Assembly (NCBI GenBank): GCA_049997815.1
Contig: JBEKVQ010000003.1
Coordinates: forward strand, 85 to 64,084
Origin: Minisyncoccia bacterium
GTDB taxonomy: Bacteria; Patescibacteriota; Minisyncoccia; UBA6257; GWB1-50-10
Reading direction: 5' to 3'
DNA length: 64,000 nt
Part shown: positions 26,449-36,076 of the stretch, piece after piece
Position numbering within the stretch: the stretch's first letter is position 1
Layout of the letters: each line of letters opens with the position of its first letter
Position numbers and translations under genes: made by a program
Notes under the pieces: model-generated
Seen by the model: the letters and a program-made list of their open reading frames with translations, nothing else
Databases searched by the model: none
Told to the model about the DNA's origin: nothing

Positions 26449-27156
26449 TTAATACTTTTCCACCCTGAAACTGTTCTCCAGAAAAACGAACCTATCCTGT
26501 TTCAATACCCCGAGAATTTCCGGCACATCATCGTAGATATCCGGCAGTTTGAGGATCTTTTTCTCGTCTATCCATTCATTCTTACCGCCCACAAATCTTT
26601 CGGTAAGTTCCCCTTTCACCTCTTCTCCGCGAAAGATAAAGAAATACTTATCCTCCAAGAGATTCCCGTCCTTGTCGTGGTCCATTTTATGTTCGATTCC
26701 CGCAAAGAAAAGCTTGGCACTTAGACCAGTTTCTTCCTTCAATTCCCTCTCGGCCGTCTCTTTGGGTATCTCGCCCCACCTCAACTTTCCCGTGACGAAG
26801 CCGTGAAAACCGTAGTAGGGCTGTTTCAGACGCTCCTGAACCAGATACTGCGTCACTCCCTTTTCTTCCCTAGCGCAGCCGACAAGCACGCCCAATTTCG
26901 CCTGGCGTTCCAGAACAACCTTCCGGGTATCGGTATCGAAACGATTGATGAACTCCTTGCCCTTAGCGGTAAGCCGGTAAAGGTTGTTTTCGGTCTTCTC
27001 CACGAGCTCCAATTCCAAAAGCTTTTTAAGATGAAAGGTAAATTGGTCGCTCGAAATTCCATCCACATTCAACTCCGAGAATCTCGCCTCGGGAACATAT
27101 TGAAGGGTTCTCAAGATACTCGTTTGGATGGGATGGACCTCGGAATTTATACTCAT
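26449..27156 (-). CDS. NUDIX hydrolase with N-terminal winged-helix domain
   Basis: The N-terminal ~90 aa are wHTH-like. Nudix box GKLRWGEIPKETAERELKEETGL (Gx5Ex7REUxEExGU). Confidence 0.75.
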   Translation of the reverse strand: MSINSEVHPIQTSILRTLQYVPEARFSELNVDGISSDQFTFHLKKLLELELVEKTENNLYRLTAKGKEFINRFDTDTRKVVLERQAKLGVLVGCAREEKGVTQYLVQERLKQPYYGFHGFVTGKLRWGEIPKETAERELKEETGLSAKLFFAGIEHKMDHDKDGNLLEDKYFFIFRGEEVKGELTERFVGGKNEWIDEKKILKLPDIYDDVPEILGVLKQDRFVFLENSFRVEKY

Positions 27157-27272
27157 GCCTCAAGTTTATAGCCAAGCCCCAAAAAGTGTCTAGTGAAGTC
27201 CGCTTCACCGAAAAATTGCTTCAGTGGCCGCGCTTTCTGCCTTTTGCCTTTCCCATTTTCCGGATGTAGGAT

Positions 27273-28442
27273 TTGGACATGGAGCCACTCGCTTCCAAAA
27301 TCAGGCCAAAGAACCTCTCCGAATTCGTGGGACAGGAACATTTGGTCGGAATTGGAAAACCTTTGCGGATCGCGATAGAAAAAAAGCATCTTTTCTCTTT
27401 CATTCTTTGGGGGCCGCCCGGCTGCGGAAAAACGACGCTGGCCAAGATTTACGCCAAAAATTTGGACGCTCAATTGTACGAGCTTTCCGCCGTTTCGGCG
27501 GGAAAGGACGACGTGAAACGCATAGTGGATGAGGGCGCCGCCGAGGGCAAACTCTTCGAAAAAACGGAGAGCCGCCCGAAGGTCCTATTCCTGGACGAGA
27601 TCCACCGCTTTAACAAAGCCCAGCAGGACTTTCTTCTGCCGTACGTCGAGAAGGGAACGATAACGCTCATCGGCGCCACGACCGAAAATCCTTCGTTCGA
27701 GATAATCGCGCCGCTCCTTTCGCGCTGCCGCGTCTTCGTTCTGAACGAACTCTCCGAAAAAGAGATGAGAATCATCGTCCGCCGCACCAAGGTGAAAATG
27801 GAGAGCGAGGCGGAGGATTGGCTCGTGGCGATGGCGAACGGCGATGCCCGGCAAGCCATCACGATGATAGAGAATGCCCAAAAATTTTACGGCGAAGTGA
27901 CGCCGGAATCTTTGAAAGACACGCTCCAGTCGAAATTCCTGCGCTACGATAAGAAAGGTGAGGAACATTACAACACGATAAGTGCCTTCATTAAGAGCAT
28001 GCGGGCAAGCCAGCCCGATGCGGCGCTCTACTATCTGGCGCGGATGGTGGAATCCGGCGAGGACCCGAAATTCATTGCGCGGCGGATGGTGATATTTGCT
28101 TCGGAGGACGTTGGAATGGCGAATCCGACCGCACTTGTCGTCGCAAACGAGGTTTTCCGGGCAGTCGAGGAGATCGGCCTTCCCGAGTGCGGGATAAATC
28201 TCTCGCACGGCGTCGTATATCTCGCACTCGCCAAAAAAGACCGAAGCGCTTATAACGCCTACATAAAGGCCACGAAAGATGCGAAAGAACAGGGTAACCT
28301 GCCGATACCCCTCAAGATTCGGAATCCGGTCACGAAACTGATGAAGGAACTGGATTACGGAAAAGGGTACGAGAGATACACGAAAGACGACCTGCTTCCC
28401 GAAAAATTAAAAGGAAGGAAATATTACGAGCCCAAAGAATGA
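27273..28442 (+). CDS. rarA: replication-associated recombination protein A (AAA+ ATPase RarA/MgsA)
   Basis: 389 aa; Walker A GPPGCGKTTLA; Walker B LFLDEIHRF; C-terminal MgsA-type helical domain. Confidence 0.85.
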   Translation: MDMEPLASKIRPKNLSEFVGQEHLVGIGKPLRIAIEKKHLFSFILWGPPGCGKTTLAKIYAKNLDAQLYELSAVSAGKDDVKRIVDEGAAEGKLFEKTESRPKVLFLDEIHRFNKAQQDFLLPYVEKGTITLIGATTENPSFEIIAPLLSRCRVFVLNELSEKEMRIIVRRTKVKMESEAEDWLVAMANGDARQAITMIENAQKFYGEVTPESLKDTLQSKFLRYDKKGEEHYNTISAFIKSMRASQPDAALYYLARMVESGEDPKFIARRMVIFASEDVGMANPTALVVANEVFRAVEEIGLPECGINLSHGVVYLALAKKDRSAYNAYIKATKDAKEQGNLPIPLKIRNPVTKLMKELDYGKGYERYTKDDLLPEKLKGRKYYEPKE

Positions 28443-28448
28443 GAGGGA

Positions 28449-29432
28449 CTATCTTCGGGACCAATGGGAACGCGTATAGGCCTCAACTTCGCTGAATTTC
28501 AGGTCCGTGGTGATGTTTCCAGTCCTCACGTAGAAACGTTCACTGTCGTTCAGTTTCAAGTAAACCGGGCGCGAGCTCGGCGCGACCTGAACGACGCAGA
28601 CATCTAAACCTTCCATTTCATAGAACCACAGCTTCACGAGGTGCCGGAACTCCGGACCGATCATGGCGTTGAAAGTTTGGGTAAAGTGATTCTCTAAACC
28701 GTCGCCATCCTTGCGCTGAAGGGTTTCGTAATCGTCCCGGAGCCCCAGTGGTTTTTTGGAATCATCCATCCCTATAACCAAGTAGCCGCCCTTGGAATTC
28801 AGAAAGGCGGCAACGGTCTTCATAGCCGCTTTCTCAAGTTCCCGATTCAATTGATTCATCCGGCGGTCGAAACGGAGCGATGATTTGAATTCGAGCTGCT
28901 CATGCTCTTCCTGGGAAGCTAATTGGGAGATGTCCGGCTTCTCGACGAAACTCTGCATATTCGGGTCTATATTCTTCTCGATTATTCTGAGATAACCCTG
29001 CGGGCGCGATATGGTAGCCAAGACGATGGAACTGTAATGGCGGCTTTCGAGATGAATGGAACCATAGTGAAGCGACTTCCCGACCGGCCCCGAAGAGAAC
29101 GTTACGGTCATGGATTTTTCGAGCGGAAAATTCTTCTTCCTTTTCCAAAACACTCCCCGCGAATGGGACACCATTCCCGGGCGTATTTCGTAAAGCTCGT
29201 AGTACCAGCTGAAGAAAGCGTAGATGGTTATCAAGAGCTGGGCGCCGGACAAGAAAAACAACTTAGCCGTATCGTAAGAAATAAAGTCCGAGAGAAAGAG
29301 CTGATTGTAAAATTCGGACTTGTAACTGCCGTGGCCCGTTACGAGAAAATACAAGAGAAAGGCGAGAACTTCTATAAAGATGAAATTCCTGATGAGTACT
29401 ATCGGACTGCGCCTAATGGTAGCCGTATTCAT
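28449..29432 (-). CDS. membrane protein with a bPH_2-like domain and a C-terminal AlbA_2 (Schlafen-like) domain
   Basis: 327 aa. N-terminal TM helices, then a bacterial-PH-like segment, then FKSSLRFD...KTVAAFLNSKGGYLVIGMDDSKKPLG, which matches the AlbA_2 pattern. Confidence 0.5.
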   Translation of the reverse strand: MNTATIRRSPIVLIRNFIFIEVLAFLLYFLVTGHGSYKSEFYNQLFLSDFISYDTAKLFFLSGAQLLITIYAFFSWYYELYEIRPGMVSHSRGVFWKRKKNFPLEKSMTVTFSSGPVGKSLHYGSIHLESRHYSSIVLATISRPQGYLRIIEKNIDPNMQSFVEKPDISQLASQEEHEQLEFKSSLRFDRRMNQLNRELEKAAMKTVAAFLNSKGGYLVIGMDDSKKPLGLRDDYETLQRKDGDGLENHFTQTFNAMIGPEFRHLVKLWFYEMEGLDVCVVQVAPSSRPVYLKLNDSERFYVRTGNITTDLKFSEVEAYTRSHWSRR

Positions 29433-29590
29433 GGGAGGGGGTGTACTTAAATGCTAAACTCCCCTATTTATAAGGGCAAGCCCGCCGGGAACCGGCGGTT
29501 GCCGTTATTGACATATGATGGCCGGTCTGCTACTCTGAAAACCGGATAAATTAGAGATGTGGTCGGGTTTCTAAAAATCAAAACGCAACA

Positions 29591-29788
29591 ATGAACGGAA
29601 AAATCAAAACCTTAACGGATCGGGGATTCGGTTTCATCGCTCGCGAAGGCGAAGCGAAGGACCTTTTCTTCCATTCCAAGGACTTGAACGGCGTGACATT
29701 CGACGAGCTCAAGGTTGGCGATGAAGTCACCTTTGAGGTCGTGCAGGGCGAAAAGGGCCCGAGCGCCAAGAACGTCAGCCGAGTCTAA
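29591..29788 (+). CDS. cspA: cold-shock protein
   Basis: 65 aa; MNGKIKTLTDRGFGFIAREGEAKDLFFH with RNP1/RNP2 motifs. Confidence 0.9.
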   Translation: MNGKIKTLTDRGFGFIAREGEAKDLFFHSKDLNGVTFDELKVGDEVTFEVVQGEKGPSAKNVSRV

Positions 29789-29855
29789 AAAGGTAAAGAA
29801 AACCGTCGCCCAAAAGGCGACGGTTTTCTTTTTCCGGCAACAGCAAACCATCCAT

Positions 29856-31073
29856 CTAAAATACAAACTCGCCGCCCTCGTAAATCAACTTCTCACGCCC
29901 GTTCTTTAGATGGGCCACGACTCTTCTTGGGGAGGTGGAAACGATATCTTGATGCACCGACGAATCGTTGAAGCCGAGTCTATCCCAATCGCGCTTCTTC
30001 AATTTATTCGGGTCACCGGCATAACATCCGTGAAAAGACCTACCGATAGCGATATGAGTATTCCCGTTCGGACCGCCCAAGTTTTCATCATAAAGCGTTT
30101 CGGCCATGAATTTATTGATGTTGGAAAAACGCCGGTCGGTGAGTGAAAACTCCCCTACTTTATTCCCGCCGGGAATTTTTGTTTTTTGGAGAAGGAGCGC
30201 ACGGTTTTTCTTGGCTCTGACCTCAGTGACAACACCCCTTCTGAATTTCAAACTTACGCCACTTATGATTTGGCCATCGGCATAGACCGGATTATTGAAT
30301 CGTATCCAGCCCTCCGTACCCCGCCAATCGGGCGACGTGAATATCTCGAAGCTCGGTATGTTCCGGCCTCCTCCGCCATCCCACAGCCTTTTCCTGCCAA
30401 GAGACATCCATAGATCGGCATCCGGTCCACTTACGTGCAGTTTTTCTATTTTCAACCCATTGATGCGCTTCACGTAGGCGCGGACCTTCTTGTCCACACC
30501 TCTCCATTTTTCTATCGGATGGGAGTTGTCCAAAAAGCAGGCTCTCACGATCTGGCCCCAGTATTCCTTTTCGCTTAGGCCAGCCTCCTTGGCCATCGCT
30601 TGGGTACCGTAGAGAGCTAACGTCCAATCGAATTTACCCCGGTTCTCTTTTTCGTCCCGCCAATCCCGGAACGGTTTCATCGCCTCGCCTCTCCGCATTA
30701 TCTTCTTGGGGTCGATCCCTTTGAGCGCCTCCATATCCGTTTCGCTCAAAATGAAGAGGTATTGATCGACCTGATCAATCAGCCCGCGAAGGTATTTACC
30801 CGGGAAAAAATCTATCTGGTGTTGTTTCGCATTCACGTAAAAGTCGCGCGGTATGTTGAACTCACGGTCTTCATTCGGAAGATACTGCGAAATGGAGTGA
30901 CCACCCGCTTTCGTAACGGCGTTCAATATCTCTGCGTAAAGCGGCTTAGCATATTCGTAAGCGACAACGTAGACCACATCGCCTTTTTTCATGCCTCGGC
31001 CGTTCCTGAACGCGAAGTTCACGAGAACGTCGGCATATTTTTTAAGAACATTTTGATTTGGTCTGTAGTGCAT
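29856..31073 (-). CDS. aminopeptidase, M29 family (AmpS/aminopeptidase T-like)
   Basis: 405 aa, M29-like N-terminus (LKKYADVLVNFAFRNGRGMKKGDVVYVVA), typical M29 length. Confidence 0.65.
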   Translation of the reverse strand: MHYRPNQNVLKKYADVLVNFAFRNGRGMKKGDVVYVVAYEYAKPLYAEILNAVTKAGGHSISQYLPNEDREFNIPRDFYVNAKQHQIDFFPGKYLRGLIDQVDQYLFILSETDMEALKGIDPKKIMRRGEAMKPFRDWRDEKENRGKFDWTLALYGTQAMAKEAGLSEKEYWGQIVRACFLDNSHPIEKWRGVDKKVRAYVKRINGLKIEKLHVSGPDADLWMSLGRKRLWDGGGGRNIPSFEIFTSPDWRGTEGWIRFNNPVYADGQIISGVSLKFRRGVVTEVRAKKNRALLLQKTKIPGGNKVGEFSLTDRRFSNINKFMAETLYDENLGGPNGNTHIAIGRSFHGCYAGDPNKLKKRDWDRLGFNDSSVHQDIVSTSPRRVVAHLKNGREKLIYEGGEFVF

Positions 31074-31116
31074 TCTGATATCTTATCACAACCGCCGTAA
31101 GCGACGGTCTGGACCG

Positions 31117-33006
31117 TTAGAGCTTCAAATGAAGATTGAAGAGCCGGAGTGAGTTTATGAGCGGTAGGAAATCCGTGACGAAGTTGTAGGCCGCCGAACC
31201 ATTCGGACCGATGATTCTCGCAAAAACGAGAATTAGACCCAGAGCATTAACAACGCCCCAAATCCAGAAATCCTGCCGAGCCACCCTCCGCGTGTAAAGG
31301 CCCAACTCCATCGTTTCGGGAATTTCCCGGAGATCGTCCCTCATTAGAGCGATATCGGCCGCTTCGATCGCGGCATCGGAACCTATCGCCCCCATCGCTA
31401 TGCCCACGTCCGCAAGCGCTAGTGATGCCGCGTCGTTCACACCGTCCCCCACCATCGCCACCTTAGAATCGGGGCTCAGATACCTTTTCACGTACTCAAT
31501 CTTATTCTCCGGAAGAAGGTTCGCGTGGAAGTGCGTTATCCCCGCCTCGCTGGCGATTCGTTTCGCCACCTTTTCATTGTCGCCCGTGAGCATGACCACC
31601 TTTTCTACGCCGAATTTCTTCATCTTTTCGATGATTTCTTTGACGTGGGGGCGAATCTCATCAGCACAGTTCAGAATACCCACCAGTTTCCCTTCATAGC
31701 CGACAAGCGTTACAGAGTAACCTTCATCTTGCATCCGAGTTATATCTTCCCTTTCTTTAGGAGTGATTTTGATTCCCGACTCCTCCAAAAATTTCACCTT
31801 GCCGGAATATATAGTTTTGCCCTTATAAACGGAAGCAATTCCCTTACCCGGCTTTTCTTCGAAATCGAGCGGTTTTTCGAATTTTATTTTTTTATCCTTA
31901 ACGTAATCCGCAATCGCCCTGGCCACCGGATGATCCGAGAAGAACTCCGTCATGCCGGCAAAGGCCAGGAGTTCGTTCTCCGAATAGCCGTTGTAAATCA
32001 AGAAGCCCTCTACCTTCATTTTCCCCCGCGTAATGGTACCGGTCTTGTCCATAATGAAGGTTTTCACTTTAGTAAGACCCTCGAGATAATTTCCTCCCTT
32101 GATAATCACTCCTCGCCGCGCCGCATAACCCACGGCCGCGAGAAAGGCCATCGGGATCGCGATTGCGATGTCGTCGGCGCAGGCGACGAGAAGTAGGGAC
32201 AGAAGCAAATTCATATCCTGAAAAACAATATAGATGACGAGAGACGCCGCCAAAGTTAAAACTATGTACCAAGCAGCGAACTTATCGGCGGTGGTCCGGA
32301 TCGAGGCCTTTTCATTTTGGGAACTCTCGACCAGAGAGATGATCTTTTCGAGCGTGGTATTCTCGCCAACCTTGTCCGCTCTTATCGTGAGCGAACCGGA
32401 AACGGCCAAGGTGGAACTGAAAACCTTATCGCCTTTCGATTTCCCCACGGGAACCGATTCGCCGGTCAAAGACGACTGGTCTATGCTCGCTTCTCCTTCT
32501 AAAACGCTCCCGTCCACCGGAATACGCTCGCCGGACTCCACCACGACCATGTCCCCGACCCTGACTTCGCGAACGGATATGTCCAATATCTTCCCCTCGC
32601 GCTTCACTTTCACCTTATCCGGCCGAAGTTTCAGCAAACTTTTTATGGCTGCTTTGGCTTTCGCCTCCGTATAATCGCCGAAGATTCTCGCGGAAGTGAG
32701 CATTAAATTGATGAATACGGCCGAGGCCCATTCCCCGGTCAGGAGCGAGGCGATAAGCGCGATTGAGGCCAAGAGGTCCACCGATATCCTCTTTTCTTTA
32801 ATGGACCTGAAGGCGCTCAATAATACGGGCAGGGTACCGATTATGGAAACGGCGGCTAGTAGGACATTTCCTAACCCGGATGGAACCAACCGGCTGTAAA
32901 AAACTACGAGAAGGGCACCCAATAGGATAAGAAGAAGCTTATCCCAATTCAGAAACTTCGAATTTCCCATTTGCTTCATTCTACCATTAAAAAATGGCAT
33001 CGCCAC
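31117..33006 (-). CDS. P-type cation-transporting ATPase
   Basis: 629 aa with DKTGTIT phosphorylation motif, GDGVNDAASLALADVGIAMG hinge, TGD...; no N-terminal HMA domain and no CPC motif. Confidence 0.85.
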   Translation of the reverse strand: MAMPFFNGRMKQMGNSKFLNWDKLLLILLGALLVVFYSRLVPSGLGNVLLAAVSIIGTLPVLLSAFRSIKEKRISVDLLASIALIASLLTGEWASAVFINLMLTSARIFGDYTEAKAKAAIKSLLKLRPDKVKVKREGKILDISVREVRVGDMVVVESGERIPVDGSVLEGEASIDQSSLTGESVPVGKSKGDKVFSSTLAVSGSLTIRADKVGENTTLEKIISLVESSQNEKASIRTTADKFAAWYIVLTLAASLVIYIVFQDMNLLLSLLLVACADDIAIAIPMAFLAAVGYAARRGVIIKGGNYLEGLTKVKTFIMDKTGTITRGKMKVEGFLIYNGYSENELLAFAGMTEFFSDHPVARAIADYVKDKKIKFEKPLDFEEKPGKGIASVYKGKTIYSGKVKFLEESGIKITPKEREDITRMQDEGYSVTLVGYEGKLVGILNCADEIRPHVKEIIEKMKKFGVEKVVMLTGDNEKVAKRIASEAGITHFHANLLPENKIEYVKRYLSPDSKVAMVGDGVNDAASLALADVGIAMGAIGSDAAIEAADIALMRDDLREIPETMELGLYTRRVARQDFWIWGVVNALGLILVFARIIGPNGSAAYNFVTDFLPLINSLRLFNLHLKL

Positions 33007-33045
33007 TCTGTGGAGTGACGAGGCAAAAGAAATTTATCTTAACCT

Positions 33046-35823
33046 TTAGGAGCAGCCGCCGGATGAATCCCCGCACTGGAGGCAAGTCATGCAGGTGCCG
33101 GTGCGCACCATCATACCGCCGCATTTCCGGCAAACCGTTTCGCCCGGTACCGAGTTTACGTTATTTTTATGGGTCGAGCCGCCGTTATCGTTTTCCGTTT
33201 TAACCGCCGCCGCTACCGTTACTCTTACCGATTCCTTAGAACCGTCCGTCGAATGGTCCGCAATCGCATGGCGTTCCATTCCGAACTCGGCTAGTTCGGC
33301 GTCGGAGAGGAAAGCCAAGGCCAAATACCGAAAGATGTAGTCGATGATGCTCGTCGCTATCCGAATATCGGGGTTCTCGGTGAAGCCCGCCGGTTCGAAA
33401 CGGCTGTAGACGAATTTGTGGGCCAGGGCCTTCAAGGGCACGCCGTACTGAAGCGCCATAGATACCGAGATCGCGAAGGCATCGAGAAGCCCGGAAAGGG
33501 TGCTCCCCTGTTTCGCCATCCGGATGAAGATCTCCGCCGGCATTCCATCCCCGTAGATGCTGTAAGTGAGATAACCGTCGTGGCCGGCAATCGAGAACTT
33601 GTGGGTCTTCGAAACGCGGGTAGCCGGCAATCTTTTCCGGATAACTTCCCCGACAGTTTTTATTTCTTTACCGCCCTTCGACTTGGTCGCCGAGGTGCTA
33701 AGGGGTTGAGTGGCCTTGGAACCGTCGCGATAAACCGCGAAGGCCTTGATGCCGCTCTTCCAAGCCATCACATAGGCCTCTTCGATCTCTTCTTTCGATA
33801 TCTCACTCGACATATTGAAGGTTTTAGAGATTGCGCCGGACATGAAGGGCTGGACGGCCGCCACCATTTTCACGTGGCCGCGCCAGGAAATGGTGCGCGT
33901 TCCCTTCACCGGCTTTACGGCGCAATCAAATATCGGCAAGTGCTCGCTTTTGAAACCGGGCGCACCTTCCACCATGCCGTTCTCAAAAATATAATCCACT
34001 ATCTTTTTCGCGTCCGCGCCGGAATAGCCGAGCTTCAGAAGCGCGTTCTCCGCCCCTGCATTCACGATCTTCATCCAGCCGCCGCCGACGAGCTGTTTCA
34101 TTTTGACGAGCGAAAACTCCGGTTCAATACCCGTCGTATCAAAATCCATCATAAAGGAGATCGTACCGGTGGGAGCGATGACCGTTACCTGCGAATTCCG
34201 GAAGCCGAATTCACTTCCGAGAGCCAAAGCCTCGTCCCAAATCCTGACCGCCTCCAGCCCCAGTTTCTTATCGTCCAGATATTCCCTTCTTATCTTCTTG
34301 GATTCCAGACCGTGATTCTTTATGACGTTGAGCATAGGTTCGCGATTTATGGCATAACCCTCGAAGGGCCTCATCCGCTCAGCAATCTCGGCTGAATAAC
34401 GGTAGGCTTCGCCGGACATGAGCGAAGCGATGGCTCCGCCCCAGGCGCAGGCCTCATCGGAATCGTAGGGGATACCCTTAGTCATCAAAAGCTCGCCCAG
34501 ATTGCCGAACCCTAGGCCCAGTTCTCTGAACTTGCGCGCGTTTTCGCCAATCTTCTCGGTCGGATAACTGGAACCGCTGACGATTATCTCCTGGGCCAAG
34601 ATAAAAACATCCACCGCATGTTTGAACTCACTCACCGCAAAAGTCCCGTCTTCGCGCAGGAACTTCATAAGATTGATGGACGCCAAGTTGCAGGCCGAAT
34701 CGTCCAGGTGCATGTACTCCGAGCAGGGATTCGAGGCGTTGATCCGGCCGGAATTCGGACAGGTATGCCACTTGTTTATAATTGTATCGAACTGAACGCC
34801 CGGATCTCCGCACTCCCAGGCCGCTTTCGCGATCTCGGAGAGCAGTTCCCGCGCTTTGTAAACCTTCGCGGTCTTGCCGCCCGTGATGAATTTCGTTTCC
34901 CAATCACCGTCGCGCTCCACCGCTTCCATGAATTCATCCGTAAGCCGGACGGAATTATTGGCATTCTGGTACTGAATGGAATTCCAGGCGTCGTTGTTCA
35001 GGTCGGCCATGTTATAGCCGGCATCAATCAAGGCCCGCACCTTATTTTCTTCTTCCGCCTTGGAACGGATGAAATCCATCACATCGGGATGGTCAATGTT
35101 CAAAACCACCATCTTCGCCGCGCGCCGCGTCGCACCGCCGGACTTTATCATTCCCGCCACCGAATCCGCGCCGCGCATAAATGAAACAGGACCGGAAGCA
35201 TAACCGCCGTGCGAGAGATGTTCGGTCTTGGAACGTAAGGTGGAGAGATTCACGCCCGCGCCGGAACCATGCTTGAAAATCATTCCTTCGGTTTTTATCC
35301 AATCCAGAATGTCACGCATGTCATCCCGGACGGAAAGAATGAAACAGGCCGAACATTGAGGGTGCTCTTTCGCTCCGACATTGAACCACACCGGAGAATT
35401 GAACGAGCCCTTCTGATGCAAGATGATGTGCACGAGCTCGTCCTCGAATATCTGTGCTTGATTCGCCGTCGCAAAATAGCCGAACCTTTCTCCCCACTCA
35501 CGGATCGTGTGAGCGACCCGCGTTATCATTTGCTTCAAGCTCGTCTCGCGTTCGGGCGAACCGAGTTTACCACGAAAATATTTAGAGACGGTGATGTTCA
35601 CCGCATTTTGGGACCAGAAGTCGGGAAACTCCGTTTCCTTCTGTTCGAAGATTATCTTCCCCGCTCCGCCCACGACCGCATCGCACTTGACCCACTCCAC
35701 TTCGCTCAAGGGACTCACGCCGGTCTTCGTGAACAATCTCTTTATCGGCAGAGAAATTTTTTCTTTACCCTCCTTCCGAAATTTTGAGACGCTCGTTTTG
35801 GAAATTGTTTTTTTTGCACTCAT
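33046..35823 (-). CDS. nrdJ: ribonucleotide reductase, class II (adenosylcobalamin-dependent, NrdJ-like) with C-terminal zinc ribbon
   Basis: The track ORF extends to 35982, but the likely start is MSAKK at 35823. About 925 aa of RNR catalytic core (ASINLMKF, NPCSEY active-site region), a C-terminal CRKCGG...CMTCLQCG zinc ribbon, and no NrdB-type small subunit nearby. Confidence 0.75.
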   Translation of the reverse strand: MSAKKTISKTSVSKFRKEGKEKISLPIKRLFTKTGVSPLSEVEWVKCDAVVGGAGKIIFEQKETEFPDFWSQNAVNITVSKYFRGKLGSPERETSLKQMITRVAHTIREWGERFGYFATANQAQIFEDELVHIILHQKGSFNSPVWFNVGAKEHPQCSACFILSVRDDMRDILDWIKTEGMIFKHGSGAGVNLSTLRSKTEHLSHGGYASGPVSFMRGADSVAGMIKSGGATRRAAKMVVLNIDHPDVMDFIRSKAEEENKVRALIDAGYNMADLNNDAWNSIQYQNANNSVRLTDEFMEAVERDGDWETKFITGGKTAKVYKARELLSEIAKAAWECGDPGVQFDTIINKWHTCPNSGRINASNPCSEYMHLDDSACNLASINLMKFLREDGTFAVSEFKHAVDVFILAQEIIVSGSSYPTEKIGENARKFRELGLGFGNLGELLMTKGIPYDSDEACAWGGAIASLMSGEAYRYSAEIAERMRPFEGYAINREPMLNVIKNHGLESKKIRREYLDDKKLGLEAVRIWDEALALGSEFGFRNSQVTVIAPTGTISFMMDFDTTGIEPEFSLVKMKQLVGGGWMKIVNAGAENALLKLGYSGADAKKIVDYIFENGMVEGAPGFKSEHLPIFDCAVKPVKGTRTISWRGHVKMVAAVQPFMSGAISKTFNMSSEISKEEIEEAYVMAWKSGIKAFAVYRDGSKATQPLSTSATKSKGGKEIKTVGEVIRKRLPATRVSKTHKFSIAGHDGYLTYSIYGDGMPAEIFIRMAKQGSTLSGLLDAFAISVSMALQYGVPLKALAHKFVYSRFEPAGFTENPDIRIATSIIDYIFRYLALAFLSDAELAEFGMERHAIADHSTDGSKESVRVTVAAAVKTENDNGGSTHKNNVNSVPGETVCRKCGGMMVRTGTCMTCLQCGDSSGGCS

Positions 35824-36076
35824 TTTTTTGAACCTGTTCGACTGGCTATTTAGACGTGAACTAATTCTAAGGCGGCGGGGCAAACATGCAACGGTGGATA
35901 ACTCGCTAAAAAACAAAAAAACCGGACTTTTGTCCACCCCTCGCCCTTCGGAAATCACAAATCCATGGAAATCCCATGTCATACAATTCCGGCTTACCTA
36001 AGTCAACAAAAATCCCCGCATTATTGCGAGGAAATGTGTAACGTTACATTATTCCCAAAGGGTGATAGGTTGACAT

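Noticed and set aside
27585-28208. 207-aa minus-strand ORF
   Set aside because: Antisense inside rarA (Walker A/B on the plus strand).
31525-32196. 223-aa plus-strand ORF
   Set aside because: Antisense inside the P-type ATPase gene (DKTGT/GDGVND motifs on the minus strand).
33418-34395. 325-aa plus-strand ORF (also 34618..35184, 35269..35787)
   Set aside because: Antisense within the nrdJ gene, whose minus-strand frame carries unmistakable RNR motifs.
35824-35982. N-terminal extension of the nrdJ ORF
   Set aside because: No similarity to RNR N-termini; a plausible start (MSAKK) lies downstream.
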